Part shown: in pieces, positions 11,462-23,646 of the stretch | How the letters are laid out: each line of letters begins with the position of its first letter | How positions within the stretch are numbered: the stretch's first letter is position 1 | NCBI GenBank assembly: GCA_965637545.1 | Contig: OZ281496.1 | Span: 7,316,001 to 7,380,000, forward strand | Source: Phallusia mammillata | Lineage: Eukaryota | Length of the DNA: 64,000 nucleotides | Reading direction: 5' to 3' | Notes under the pieces: generated by a model | Told to the model about the DNA's origin: nothing | What the model saw: only the letters and a program-made list of their open reading frames with translations | Database searches by the model: none | Translations under genes and position numbers: made by a program

Positions 11462-12316
11462 ATGACATCAAAGGATTTTGACTGTGATCAAAGGTTTCTA
11501 GAAGGTGGAAATGTAAAACGACATATGCTGAAACACAGCATTAAAAAACTATGTCAATGTGATGTTTGTAAAAAAACATTTGCCCAAAGTTGGATTTTGA
11601 AAAGACACATGTTGACTCACACCAAAGAGAAACTGCATCGATGTGATGTTTGTGAAAAAACATTCGCCCAAAGTTGGATTTTGAAACAACACATGTTGAC
11701 CCACACCAAAGAAAAATCTTATCAGTGTACCGTTTGTAGAAAGACATTCACTCTGCTTGGAGTATTAAAAAAACATATGGTGACACACACCAATGAAAAA
11801 CCTCACCGATGTGACGTTTGTGAAAAAGTGTTTGCTCGTAAAGGTGATTTGAAAGAGCACATGCTGACACACACCAATGAAAAGCCTCACCGATGTGGTG
11901 TTTGTGAAAAACGATTCGCTCGTGGTGGAGATTTGAAAAAGCACATGTTGGTTCACACAGATGAGAAACCTTTTCGGTGTGATCTTTGTGATACACGATT
12001 TACACAGAGTGGACATTTGAAAAGACACTTGTTGACTCACACTAAAGAGAAACCTTATCAATGTTTTGTTTGTAAGAAACGGTTTGCCCGTGGTAGTGAT
12101 TTAAAGACACACATGTTGATTCACACTGACGAGAAATCTCATCGATGTGATGTATGTGAGAAACGGTTTGCTCGTGGTATAGATTTGAAAAGGCATATGT
12201 TGACTCACACTAAAGAAAAACCTCATCAATGTGATGTTTGTAAGAAACGGTTTGCTCGTGGTAGTACTTTGAAATCACACGTATTGATTCACACTAAGGA
12301 GAACTCTCATCGATAA
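11462..12316 (+). CDS. Tandem C2H2 zinc-finger protein (ZF2), 9 complete fingers plus a degenerate N-terminal one
   Basis: 284-aa ORF with nine CxxC-x12-HxxxH units and TxEKP-type linkers; no KRAB/BTB domain in the ORF. Confidence 0.92.
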   Translation: MTSKDFDCDQRFLEGGNVKRHMLKHSIKKLCQCDVCKKTFAQSWILKRHMLTHTKEKLHRCDVCEKTFAQSWILKQHMLTHTKEKSYQCTVCRKTFTLLGVLKKHMVTHTNEKPHRCDVCEKVFARKGDLKEHMLTHTNEKPHRCGVCEKRFARGGDLKKHMLVHTDEKPFRCDLCDTRFTQSGHLKRHLLTHTKEKPYQCFVCKKRFARGSDLKTHMLIHTDEKSHRCDVCEKRFARGIDLKRHMLTHTKEKPHQCDVCKKRFARGSTLKSHVLIHTKENSHR

Positions 12317-13221
12317 TATGTGTTAAAAAGTTTGCTTGTAGTGGAGATTGAAATTTAACATGTTGACTCACTCTAAACCACTAATGAGAAGCCCCATTGA
12401 TGTGTTACGATTTGTTGTCATTTAATGTTGAACCGACACTTATTGACTCGCAATAGGCAGTGACTTTACCGATATGATGTTAGTGAAAGAACATGTTTTG
12501 GCTGAAATATCACCGTTTTCTCCGACTTTTATTTCTACCAATGTAAATAAAACATGTATCACAATAAAAACGGTTACGTTTTGTACAGTTAACGCTGTTC
12601 ACCGAACCATTCAAATCCACTGCAAATTTTGTGAACAATTAGGTGCCAGTCGTTATGAGATACATCCTATTGCTGTACAAATTGATATGTTTAAAATCAT
12701 ATCATCCGCAGCAAAATTAACATCTCGTAAATGTTGCACAGCGAACCTTTTAGCAAACTAGACATCAAAATTGACGTGCATCGGGTTGTTTGACGAGGTG
12801 ATAAAATCCACAAATTTATGACCGTTTGAACAACAATGTTTGATATAGTTCACTTTCTGTTTGAGTTTTTCCATGTTGGTCGCGGGTGCAATGGATGAAA
12901 ATTCAGAAGTCAGTCAAAGTACTAGCCAGGTTTCGTATCCAATTGCATTGTAAGCTAACAGTTGCAAAAGTTTTTGTTGAATGAATCTTAAAAAAAATTT
13001 GTTGAGATACAAATAGTTGAAAACAATTACCTACAAACAAGCGTGCGAAAGTTGACTTTCTTACTTTGCAGAAAATATAAATAACACAATGGTCTCAAGA
13101 CAGGGTTGCAACACCGTCCTTGTTTCTAAGATTTCTCCTCTTTTTAAGGGTATGTTTCAGAAATGGCCTTCAAAAACCACTCAAAACTCATTTCCCTAAA
13201 TCACGTTTTTATTCTATTTAG

Positions 13222-13986
13222 GTTTACTGTGACATGATAGCTGCTGGTGGTGGATGTATTCTCGCGGCCGCATTCAACGATTTGTTACGTCGTCAAACAA
13301 CAACGAAAATGTTATGGGTGAAAAGATTATTTTCTCCACTAGAAAATTGTTCTTACGTGTTTTCTCAATTCCAGATGATCAAAAATGGATGAAAATGAAT
13401 ACATTCGGAATATTCGATACTTGCACAAGATCAGATTTCAAAAGTCAAACATATTATGAATATCAGGCAAATATTTTGTTGTATAGTGCATTGAATTTTT
13501 TAATCAACGGCTAGTTTTTGGAGAAAAAAAACATTATGTTATGTCATGCTCAAACTAACCACCACTGGAGGCCAGCAGAGAGCAGAGTAATTTGCAATAT
13601 TAAGCAGAGAATGGATTTATGCAAATATATTGAGGAAATTGGTAAGACAAACACTTGACAAAGTGTTTTTGCAAATAATTTTATCCAATGAATGATTGAA
13701 TAGTTTCTCTGGTTTATTACTAGTAATGCAAACTTAACTACCAAATGGAATGTTTGTGAAAAGTGACCGGTTGAACCTTTTCAATGTAGCAACATGTAAA
13801 GTTATTTAGAATTAAAACACCATATTTTTAGTTTTTTATCCCGACGTGAAATCGATGTTGGATCGACGTTATGCAAAATCAACAGAAATCACAAATTTAG
13901 TCACGGATTTCTATCCCTACGACTATGGTACTCACCCTTTCAAGCTGCAGGATAATAATTTGTTTGGAAACGATTACCGAATCGAG
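13222..13986 (+). pseudogene. Intelectin-like receptor fragment A (four internal exons)
   Basis: VYCDMIAAGGG, WMKMNTFGIFDTCTRSDFKSQTYYEYQ and SMLDRRYAKSTEITNL exons with deletions and stops; cut off by the repeat at 14050. Confidence 0.8.
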
Positions 13987-14049
13987 GTAAGTATAATAAA
14001 ACTTAGTGTTATTATATGGTGGAATGATCAACAACGTGTGTTAATCAGA

Positions 14050-15053
14050 CAGGGGGCAATTCGTATTCGAATGCATTCGAATTGTTGTAGGTCCCCGCCA
14101 ACCTAAGAATTTGCAAATTCGAATACACGATAATATTTTACGAATACAATTCGAATTGTTGCCAGCCTTGGGCAACGTAACAATTCGTGAAATCGAATGC
14201 ATGACTACATTTTTACGAATACAATTCGAATTGTCGTTTTCCTCCAGACTAGGAGAAGCCTAGAATATGTTGCCACATAGTTTTGCCAAATAGATTCGAA
14301 TACAATTCGATTTGGCAGTGAGTGTGACCTGACTCGACAAGTGTTTGATGTTACAAAACAATGGCACATACAACTTTGATTGTGACGTTACATAAATGCA
14401 ATTGTGTTATAAAACTTGCAACACTATGTTGTTCTCAGCACATGACAGGTGAAGCATGTTTGGGAAGCATCTCATGTAAATTTGGATAAATTTATATAAC
14501 GGAGATTTAAATCAGTCAAGCTATTGTGTCAAAACAAAGCTTGTTGGTTTACATTTTTACCAATTAATTTGCAATTCATAAACCCAAACGTTACTTTTTG
14601 TTCGAATACTCTTAAGTATTCCTGAATATGAATACATGCTTGGGTTTATTCGAATAGTATTCGAATTGCACGTTGTTGTTTTTTGTCAACTATTCATGAA
14701 TACAAATACTTCACACGTTTCATTCGAATATAATTCGAATTTATGTCACTTAACATTATGAAACAATTCGTGAATACGAATATTTGACTCGCATTATTCG
14801 AATACAATTCGAATTGCTGGACTTTACACAGTGCGTAAGTACTCGTGAATACGAAAACATGCTTTGGTTTATTCGAATAGTATTCGAATTAGATGTCATT
14901 GTATTTTGGTCAACTATTCACGAATACATATACTTGACTTGTGTTATTCGAATTGCTGTCATTCAAAAATTACCAAAGTATTCATGAATTCGAATACAAT
15001 CATGCAGGTATTCGAAAGTGTTCGAATACAGGACGCGTGTATTCGACCCCATG
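14050..15053. mobile_element. Probable non-autonomous DNA transposon rich in TTCGAA(T) motifs
   Basis: Very dense ATTCGAAT/CGAATAC motifs in both orientations; ends CAGGGGG / rc CATGGGG; no TSD. Confidence 0.45.
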
Positions 15054-17421
15054 TCTGGTCTTCATATATATATGCTGCCATATCATTATTTGGACTACTG
15101 GGTTTCAGATCAAAAGGATTTAATGTGTTTAAAATCATATAATCTGTCACACTACGAAACTTTTAGCAAACATACGATCGTTATTTATTTACACCGTGGT
15201 GGTTTGCGAGTTGATAAAATTCCCAAATTTACGAATGTTCAAACAAAAGGAGTATGATATAACTCACTTTCTGTTTGAGTTTGTGCGTTTTAGCTGGTAC
15301 AGTGGATGAAATGTAAGCAGTTAGTCAAAGTATTTGTCCGGTTTCATATCCAATTGCCTTTTAAGATGTTGGATGAATCCTTGAAAGGAAGTTGTTAAGA
15401 TACAAACATCTGCATTTGAACACAATTACTTGGGGACAATACCCACAAACAATTCAGAAGGTGGCGTTTAGTCTGGTATTGATGCGCAGGCAAGTCGAAG
15501 ATAATTTAATTTTAAATCAAATGTTTTTGACAGCACAGCCAGAATCTAAGCAAGTCCAATCTAACGCAAATCTATTCAAACGCCAGTTAGAATTTGTCAC
15601 AGTTAGAAGAAAACGTGTTTTTAATCGATTTGAATCAGATGCATGTTAGGACTGATTTGCAGCTAGGTTTGTGCAACAGACCATCACACTTCTTACAATG
15701 TTTCCCTAAGTGTTAGGTCAATTTATCGATATTGCTGGATTGTGTCTTTAGGGGCAGTAAAACGAACAATGAGTGACAATTAAATATTAGTATTTGTCCC
15801 ACATGACGATTTCTGCAGGAACGTATGTCTGGAATCTTTGTATTTACGTAAACATTTATTGCCCCAATCACTTCCTTATAGGTTCGTATTAAAAACAACT
15901 TCATGAAGACCACTTACTTAGTTGTACCGCATTTAACCATGATGCCTTAAAACACAAATGCTCCAATCATCGATTATTGCTAAAAATAATTTATGCATAT
16001 GTGACATTTCTGTGTCTTTTTGTGCATTTCTCATTTCTGTGTCATAACATGTGTTACCCTATTATTATTTTTGTGAAAGCTTTCAAATTAAAAGCAATTT
16101 CATCTTAATGTGTTCGAAAAATGTTATATCATCTCATACATTTTGCACTCGAAGCGATTTAGAAAACATCACATCGTTATTAATGTGTGTTGCAACAACC
16201 ATGGTTAACGAGGTTATAAAATCCACCAGTTTACGACCGATCAGAAAATAGGCGTTAAATATAAATTACTTCCAGTTTGAATTTGGCAAGGTTGGTGGCT
16301 CGAAGACGGATTGTCAGCAGTCTGGCAAAGTATTCGTCTGGTTTGGTATCCGATTTTACTTGCAAGATAACAATTTCAAGAAAATTTGGTAAAGATGGGC
16401 AAACCACAATTTTTGTAAGTTATATATCTGTGACATTGTGAAAGTTGTTAAGATGCAAAAAATTGTAACACTAGAAACAGGTGTTTTTGTGGTTTCGTGG
16501 GTACGTCTTTAATCAATTACCTGTTAATATTTTTTTTGATCAAATTATAAGTGTATTGAGCGGTGGAACATCAACCGAATCAAAAGTTCAAGAACGACCA
16601 AAGCTCTCTATGACAATACTGTATCCAAAAATATATAGGCGAACGGAACGTTTATGTGACTAACTTTGCACAAACGTTATAAGGACATTTTTGGTCTGGT
16701 CATCGCCCGATTTAGGTAAGTCTAAAATAAATTGAGGCACAGTGATGAAAATTTAGATGAATACGCAAAACAAAATTTTCTTGTCGTGATACGATTGTAC
16801 ACAAGAGTCTCGTCAGTGCACAATAGGACATTTTTATTGCGGTTACCTAGCAATGTTTTGCTCGTATTACAACATGATAGTTGTCATTTAAATCTAGCGT
16901 TTCAGTAACGCATAACAGCGTGGGTTGAAACTAATGTTGATCATTGGTGTTAACGAGGCTTCAAATGTCGCCATGTTTACGACCATTCAAACAATGAGCA
17001 CATGGTGTATAACACTTTCAGTTTTGGCTGATACATGTCAACGCTATTGCTTTGTTGAGAGATTTATTTGTTCCGGTTATCCACGCAATGTATTGCCCAT
17101 ATTGCAACATGATAGGTGTCACCTACAAATCTAGCGTTTCAAAACGTGGGTTAAAATCATAGTGTATTGTTGGTGTTAACGAGGTATTAAATGTCACCAA
17201 CTTTACGACCGTTCAACGATAAGCATATGATGTGTATCACTTTCTGTTCAGGCTGAGCAGAGTACTTATAATGCAAGAAACAAAATCAAATACGTTGTTG
17301 TATGCGTTCAACCAGTTGGTGCAACTGCATTAGTTTTCTAATGAACAAGTTGAAAATGATCATCTAAAACGTCAATCATGTGTAAGGTTTCTACGTTTTG
17401 CAGATTTTATAGAAATTAAAC

Positions 17422-20400
17422 ATGAATCATATTTATGTCAATAAAGACCCCGATGCTTACGAAACCATCGAGTTTAAAAAAGGACAAACTGTAAACAAGG
17501 TAGAAATTGTCTGTTAGAATGCTTTGTTAACCTTGAAGAATAGTGATTAAAATCAATGTTTTTGTCTGTAAGGAATTCAAAATCAGGAGATCCTCTCCAT
17601 TGTGTATGCAGGATCGCCAACTGACGCATATGATGAATCTATCGAAACAGTAAGAAGTTGTGGTGAGTTGTTCATTGGACGGGTCTCACAACACATTTGT
17701 GTCTTCTTGTATTTAATCACGAATGACTGGGGACTAAACTAACAATGGCATTTTTTTCTGTCTACCAAATATATATTAACTTGGATGGTAAATTGTTACC
17801 CATTCTTACGGCCGATTTGATTGTTTCGATTTCATTTATTTCAAATCTTGCTGTTATTCTGTCTTTTGCCCAAGAAACGTTTTATTTCCTTTTCAGGATA
17901 GCGATAATCGTACAACATTCTCTATTTGCACAGAAACTAAAAAATCGGCTGACAAACGTCGCAATATTGCTTCAAACAAACAACACACATCAATTTTGCT
18001 TGTAGTTTTGGTTTTCGCAGTTGGTATTCTGGCTGCTTTGGGGCTAGTTTTTGGAATACTCAATTTCAGAGAAAATCAGGTTCGTGATAAATTTGTGTGG
18101 CATACGCATTTTCAGTTGTTTGTATATTTGCATGTTATGTTGTTTCAGAACGGAAAAGAAGAAAGCTATCAAAGTAAGTCTTGTGCTATCAAATCCGCTG
18201 TTTGACGTTTTAAAAACCCAATTGCAAAAGTTTAAATAACTAAAAGTAATATCCATGCTCTTTGCAGTCACGTGCACTGCAACATTTTAATGCATGCACA
18301 GTACTGTAGTATATGTGTGATGAAACAATCTCCAAAAATGCAACTACACTTTGTTAAAAGCAGTTTGCTTGGAACCCACTTGAAGTAACAACAACAGCAA
18401 CATGAAAAAATAAGCCTTGTTTTTAGCAAAACCACCGCTTGGTACTTTCCCCAATCCTGCCCGTTCATGTGTTGAACTGAGAGATGCTGGGTTTAAAGAT
18501 GGAATTTACGTCATACAACCGTCACTCAAACCGTTTGAGGTATTATAAATTAATTTCTTTATTATTTCATTGAAAATATGCGATGTTATGACAACTTTTA
18601 CAATTGATTGGGTTGTGAGATTTCTGCGGGTTAAACAGTTTGGCTAAAAATGTTTTTTCTCTCGATTTTTATGTTTTATTTCAACATGTTTTTAAACACT
18701 CGTTAGAATTTGTAATTTATAATCTGTTCTAAAAATTTAGCTGTCGGCAATTTAAACGTTTTTTAAAATGTTTTACACATCAGTGCAGATGGTGACGTGA
18801 GATAGGTCATATTCGCAAGAGTAGCCATCCAACGGCATTCCAGTTTGTTAGCAGTAACATGCAAAAAAGCCACGTCTAACCTATTCTGTTTACTGCCACA
18901 ACTTTAGGCATAGACCACAGAGTGAACTGACTCACAACGGCCAAGCAACTTGTTGGGAACCTAAGTAAACTCGACCTTAAGTGAACAAGGGTCACAGTAT
19001 CAATTTAAAGCATCCAGCAAATTAATGACAAGCTGCGGGCAGTACACACTGTTTCGACCTACTAGGTCTTGTAGGTGCAGCTGGTGACGACAGATAGGTC
19101 GCATTGGCTACTAAAGTCAGCCAGTTTGTTGGGAGTTACAGTTCACTCTGTGGACAATGCCCAGCTCTGGCATGGACCAAAATAGGTGAGGCTTTATAGG
19201 TCGAAACAGTGTGCCCTGTCTGCTTTCAGAAGTTTCTTTGATTGATAAAAAACATTTATTTATTGGGCTGGGTGCATGTTGTACTACAGTTGTCTAAACG
19301 TGTTCGGCATTTGGGACAAATGTTTGGTGTTTAGGAATATTTTGCGATTTCATAAGAGTTTGTTTTATTTTTAGTTACGTTTATTAACTTCCTTATACGA
19401 CTTCTCTTCGTTTGATTCAAGGCGCATGCAAATTTAAAAACTTAAAAATTGGCTAATTTCGTACATATATTTCTAATTAATCCATGGGTTAAGTACAAAA
19501 ACAATAAATAAACACTTTAAACTATTTGTTTTGTATTACCTGTATTAATATTACCAAGTTTTACCAGCTAACCCACTTTTTTACTTAGGTTTATTGTGAC
19601 ATGATAGCTGCTGGTGGTGGATGGATTCTCGCGGCAACTATCAATGACAACAATTTCAACATGACAGAAGCTCATGGTGGATCGTGGTTTCTTACGTCGT
19701 CAAGCAATCAGGATGATGTTTTTGGTACTAGGTTGTTCTACTGTTTCAGAAAATTATTTTTGAATGCATTTTTAATTCTAGACTACCAAAGTTGGATGAA
19801 CACACATTCGTTCGGAACATTTGATACTTGCACAAGATCGGATTTTAAAAGCCAAGCTTATTATGAATACCAGGCAAATATTTTGCTGTATAATGCTTTA
19901 TATATATATATATATGTATATAAATGGTAGTTTTTAGGGAAAAGACATTATGTTACGTCACGTATTAAACCAAACACCACTGGAGGCCACCAGAGAGCAG
20001 AGTATTTTGCAATATCAAACTGTAAACCAATTTATGAAAACATATGGAGGAAATTTACATCAAATGTTTAACTCTCGATATCAACTAAAACCAGAAAATG
20101 GTAAGACACTTGATATATTGTTTTTGCAAATAATTTAATCCAATCAATTACTGAATACTTTCTCTGTTTTTTTACTGGTATTGCAAATTTAACTGCCAAT
20201 GGAATGTTTGTTATCTGCGATCGTTTTAATCTTTTTAACGTAGTTCCATGTAAAGGTATTTGGCATTAAACCACCGTTTTTTCAGTTTTTTATCCCGATG
20301 TGAAGTCGATGTTGGATCGACTTGAGGCAAAATCTACTGAAATCACAAATTTAGTCACTGATTTCTATCCTTACGTTTATGGCACTCAACCTTCCACACT

Positions 20401-22123
20401 GGAGGATAATAATTTGTTTGGAAACGATTACGGAATGCAGGTAAGTTTAATAAACTTTTATGTTTTTTTTTGAATAATCAACAAAGTGTTTTATTGTAGA
20501 TTTACTTTAACCCAGATCAAAATTGTTATCCATACGAATATGAAGCAAATTGTCCAAGTGATTATGTGGATTATGGTTTGGATTTCGGGTAAACCAGAGA
20601 ATTTTATTTTTCTCCTGTTCTTAAGTGTTAAGTTTATATTCACCTGTAAAGATGCGACCTAGGCAACATGATGCGATCAAGTCGGAAAATGCATCCATTC
20701 TTTGCTTTGTTTGCGGTGGGAAACTTCGATCAATGCGTTGACCATTTCTTCTGTCGAGTAAACAAATATTGAATTAGTACATTGTCGACGGTATTGTATT
20801 TTATTCATATTTGTTGTTTTAAGGTAAGATCGTATCGACCAAATACAGACTTAACAGTTTCATACAAAAGAAATCACACTCTCAACAATTTCTTCTTACA
20901 TTATGAAGCACAATGTAGATATGGGTCATCGTATGCCAGCTTGTGTGATGTTTGGTTTTATGTCAATAATGCGGAGGTACGTTGGGTTATTTAGCGCAGA
21001 ATTTTTGTGGCACTTTTAGGGTTAATGAATTAAGTCGAATTGAAATCTGAAACCTACCTTCGAAACTGCGTTATTTCTTTGTTTCAACAATTAGTGCGTC
21101 AGACACAAGTACTGCTATAAAAGCTGAAAAAATATTAACTTGACTACACTTTGCTGTTTACCGCATAGAAATGGAAATCATCCGAAATACCAGCAAAACA
21201 ATCATACAACTCTACATCCACATTATACTATTTTTTTGGATGGCAAATTGATGAAGCTGCATCTAACATACTTTTCGGTTACACGATGGTTTCAAGGTAA
21301 ACTGACGTAAACTGCAAGTATTGTAACATTACTCAGAAACATCAGAATATTTGATGTTCCGAAACCACTTTTACTTTGCAGAAGAAAGGGTGTTTTGATA
21401 CCTAACACAGAGATCAGCGCTCTTATGTACAAAGTTTTGGAAATTGTTTCAGAAACTGACATTTTATGTAAGTAAAATACTTCAGTTTCTGTGAACATCG
21501 AAGTTTTTCGTAGACACCAATTTTAAGACGAAACAACACAATTCCTGCCTTGATTGAATGTTCAAAAACTATTCTTTCAGTTTTTAATTTTATTATTTCA
21601 GGTCCGGATTGTTATTATAGTGATGACGTACTTTCAGTACCAGTTCAATTTTCCATCGGAAACGACTCAGTGGTTAACTCCATGCTGCCACCAAGTGTAA
21701 AACCTCTACCGACCGGTTTTGTTCAGTTTCGTGCTTATGGAAGAACAGGGAGCGTCTACGCAATGTGTCCTGCTGTCAAGTAAGAAATGGCTAAACTTCT
21801 GTAAAGTTGTTTCAAACATACTTATTTAAATACCTTTGATCTGTTTAGAGTAAACGATTGGCGAAGTGAATATGTTTGTATCGGAGGAATAAACAATCCA
21901 GACTCACCCCGCTTTGATGACTGCAACGATTTTACAAGTAATTTTTTTTTATTTTATCCCTTTTTTGAGAATAAATATTTGCTAGCTATTTTTTGAAATA
22001 AAATTGTAAATAACAATAGATTGGGACGGATTTCTAGAAACTACGTTAAACAAAACAACACCAGTCGATTATACTCATTCTCAGAGAGATTTGGATTCTA
22101 CAATTATGATATTTTATCGATAA
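17422..22123 (+). CDS. Type II transmembrane intelectin-like protein, copy B, apparently intact (~646 aa, 17 exons)
   Basis: Exons 17422-17499, 17587-17649, 17897-18079 (TM), 18149-18173, 18427-18539, 19589-19724, 19782-19873, 19938-20100, 20286-20440, 20500-20588, 20652-20757, 20824-20976, 21169-21296, 21382-21467, 21602-21779, 21849-21937, 22020-22123 join in one frame. Intelectin motifs SCVEL..DGIY, YCDM..GGGW, WMN..SFG, DFKS..YY, GFVQFR, CIGG, C.DF, final IFYR-stop. The first three exons are less certain. Confidence 0.8.
18900..19220. mobile_element. Penelope-like pLTR remnants in inverted orientation inside an intron of copy B
   Basis: CACACTGTTTCGACCT (19046) and AGGTCGAAACAGTGTG (19198) are reverse complements and carry the GGTC-GAAAC half of a hammerhead; 18905-18940 is rc-similar to 19125-19165. 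Confidence 0.4.
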
Positions 22124-22527
22124 ATATGATAATCTGACAAGCTGAAAAAATTTTTTATCGCCTAATTCATTTCAAGTATTACTGTTTTATAATCTCAGAA
22201 TTAATACATTTTAACTCGCATTCCCTTACTGATACTGACTTTCGGTATTGATTTGTCACATTGCGTGAAATATTATTGGATAATTGCTAATTTATTGATA
22301 AAATCGGTCCGAAAATGTTACTCAAAATATCAGCATTTCGAGTAATATAAATTACTTTCCGTTTTCTTGAACGTATGTGATTGTATATGAGTATGCTAAC
22401 CTTTTTGAACGCATTTTAACTAATTTTGTCAACTGAATATTATCTTCTGTTCTGTGGTAAATATTACTTCGCTCCAATATTTGAGTTTGTTTGTATTTGT
22501 TGCGACATATTATCTTCTAGCTATCTT

Positions 22528-22655
22528 CTGACTGATTCTGTTGGCAATTGAGACACTCCTCTCAAATTTCGAGTCTTTTAACAATTTGCACAGTTATCGT
22601 CGGTATGCATGGCGGCTGTTGGAGGTTCAGATATTGCCAATCCACGACATTTTCT
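22528..22655 (+). mobile_element. Distal pLTR fragment of the Penelope family at 802-3381
   Basis: Near-identical to the reverse complement of ~802-930. Confidence 0.85.
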
Positions 22656-23578
22656 GATTTACCCATATAAGTTAGTGTTGTTTTATTATAAGTTATAATC
22701 TTGTTTTATTATAACACTGCTGTCTGTGTCTAGAAATAGTATAATAAGTATTTTAAGAAATTAATTTTCGTCAGCAGCAAATTGATTAGTATTATATTAG
22801 CATAACCTTGAGGCAGGGATGGCGTTCCTCTCCATTAAACCCCCGCTACACGTTTAGGCGATTTGTCGTCCACGTTTCTTATGTAGTCAGGACGTTAATT
22901 GGCAGTTGGGGTATATGGTTATTACCATGCGCAGGAAATGTAGCCCTAAATTATACATAACTGTAGCGGCCTCCCATGTGCGCAAATTTCGTTTCCAAAC
23001 TGCAATGCCGTTTCAATACTTTTGCAAAATTAAACACATTAAATTTGTTTAACCCTTTAACTGCCTGGTTCTAAACAGCAATAAAAATCGTATTAGTGCG
23101 GATATATTTTACAACTGGGGTGCGTTTGAAAGCTTATGCATATTAGCTCCAATTTATTCGAAAAAAATGATATGTTAGTATCTGAAAAAAATTAATTACA
23201 CTCACAAGCCTCGCTTGCGTTTTGTTCGTTATGTTACCATTAGAATTATGCTACATCTTACGGATAAACAACACTACCAAGCACGAGATACACTTTTTTC
23301 TGTCACTAACCAGTGTACGCTGCAGCGATTGCATCACAAAAGTATTGTGACATCATAACTCCACAACTAGATAGACTGTTTGTGACGTGACGTTCACAGG
23401 TGTTACATCCATGTTAAGCAAGGTATGCCAATATCCGCGAAAGCTTTTACGAACGTTAACGTGTAACTTAGTATGGTTGGCAATCATGGTGCGCCAAGCC
23501 TATTGAAGGCGTTACACCAAATTAGCCGGTCAACAAGCATTCACCACCATGTGGCAAGGTGTAGGTTAGAAAAATCTA

Positions 23579-23646
23579 GCCTTCGTTGGGATTCGAACCC
23601 ACGAGTCTTTGCGGAACAGGCGCTCTACCAACTGAGCTACACAGGC
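23579..23646 (-). pseudogene. tRNA pseudogene or tRNA-derived SINE head
   Basis: A box TAGCTCAGTTGG, B box GGTTCGAATCC, partial acceptor stem, T5 run downstream; anticodon arm does not fold. Confidence 0.6.

Larger units (their letters stand above)
12750..17250 (-). repeat. Five dispersed, decayed copies of a ~200-bp coding-like unit
   Basis: Copies near 12750-13000, 15170-15420, 16190-16400, 16930-17040, 17150-17250; minus-strand translations share LDxKPDxYFxxLL and NGRK motifs with stops and frameshifts. Confidence 0.55.

Noticed and set aside
11541-12061. Minus-strand ORFs over ZF2
   Set aside because: Antisense artifacts of the repetitive zinc-finger coding sequence
23579-23646. Functional tRNA gene
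   Set aside because: Anticodon arm is short and unpaired, with mismatches in the acceptor and T stems
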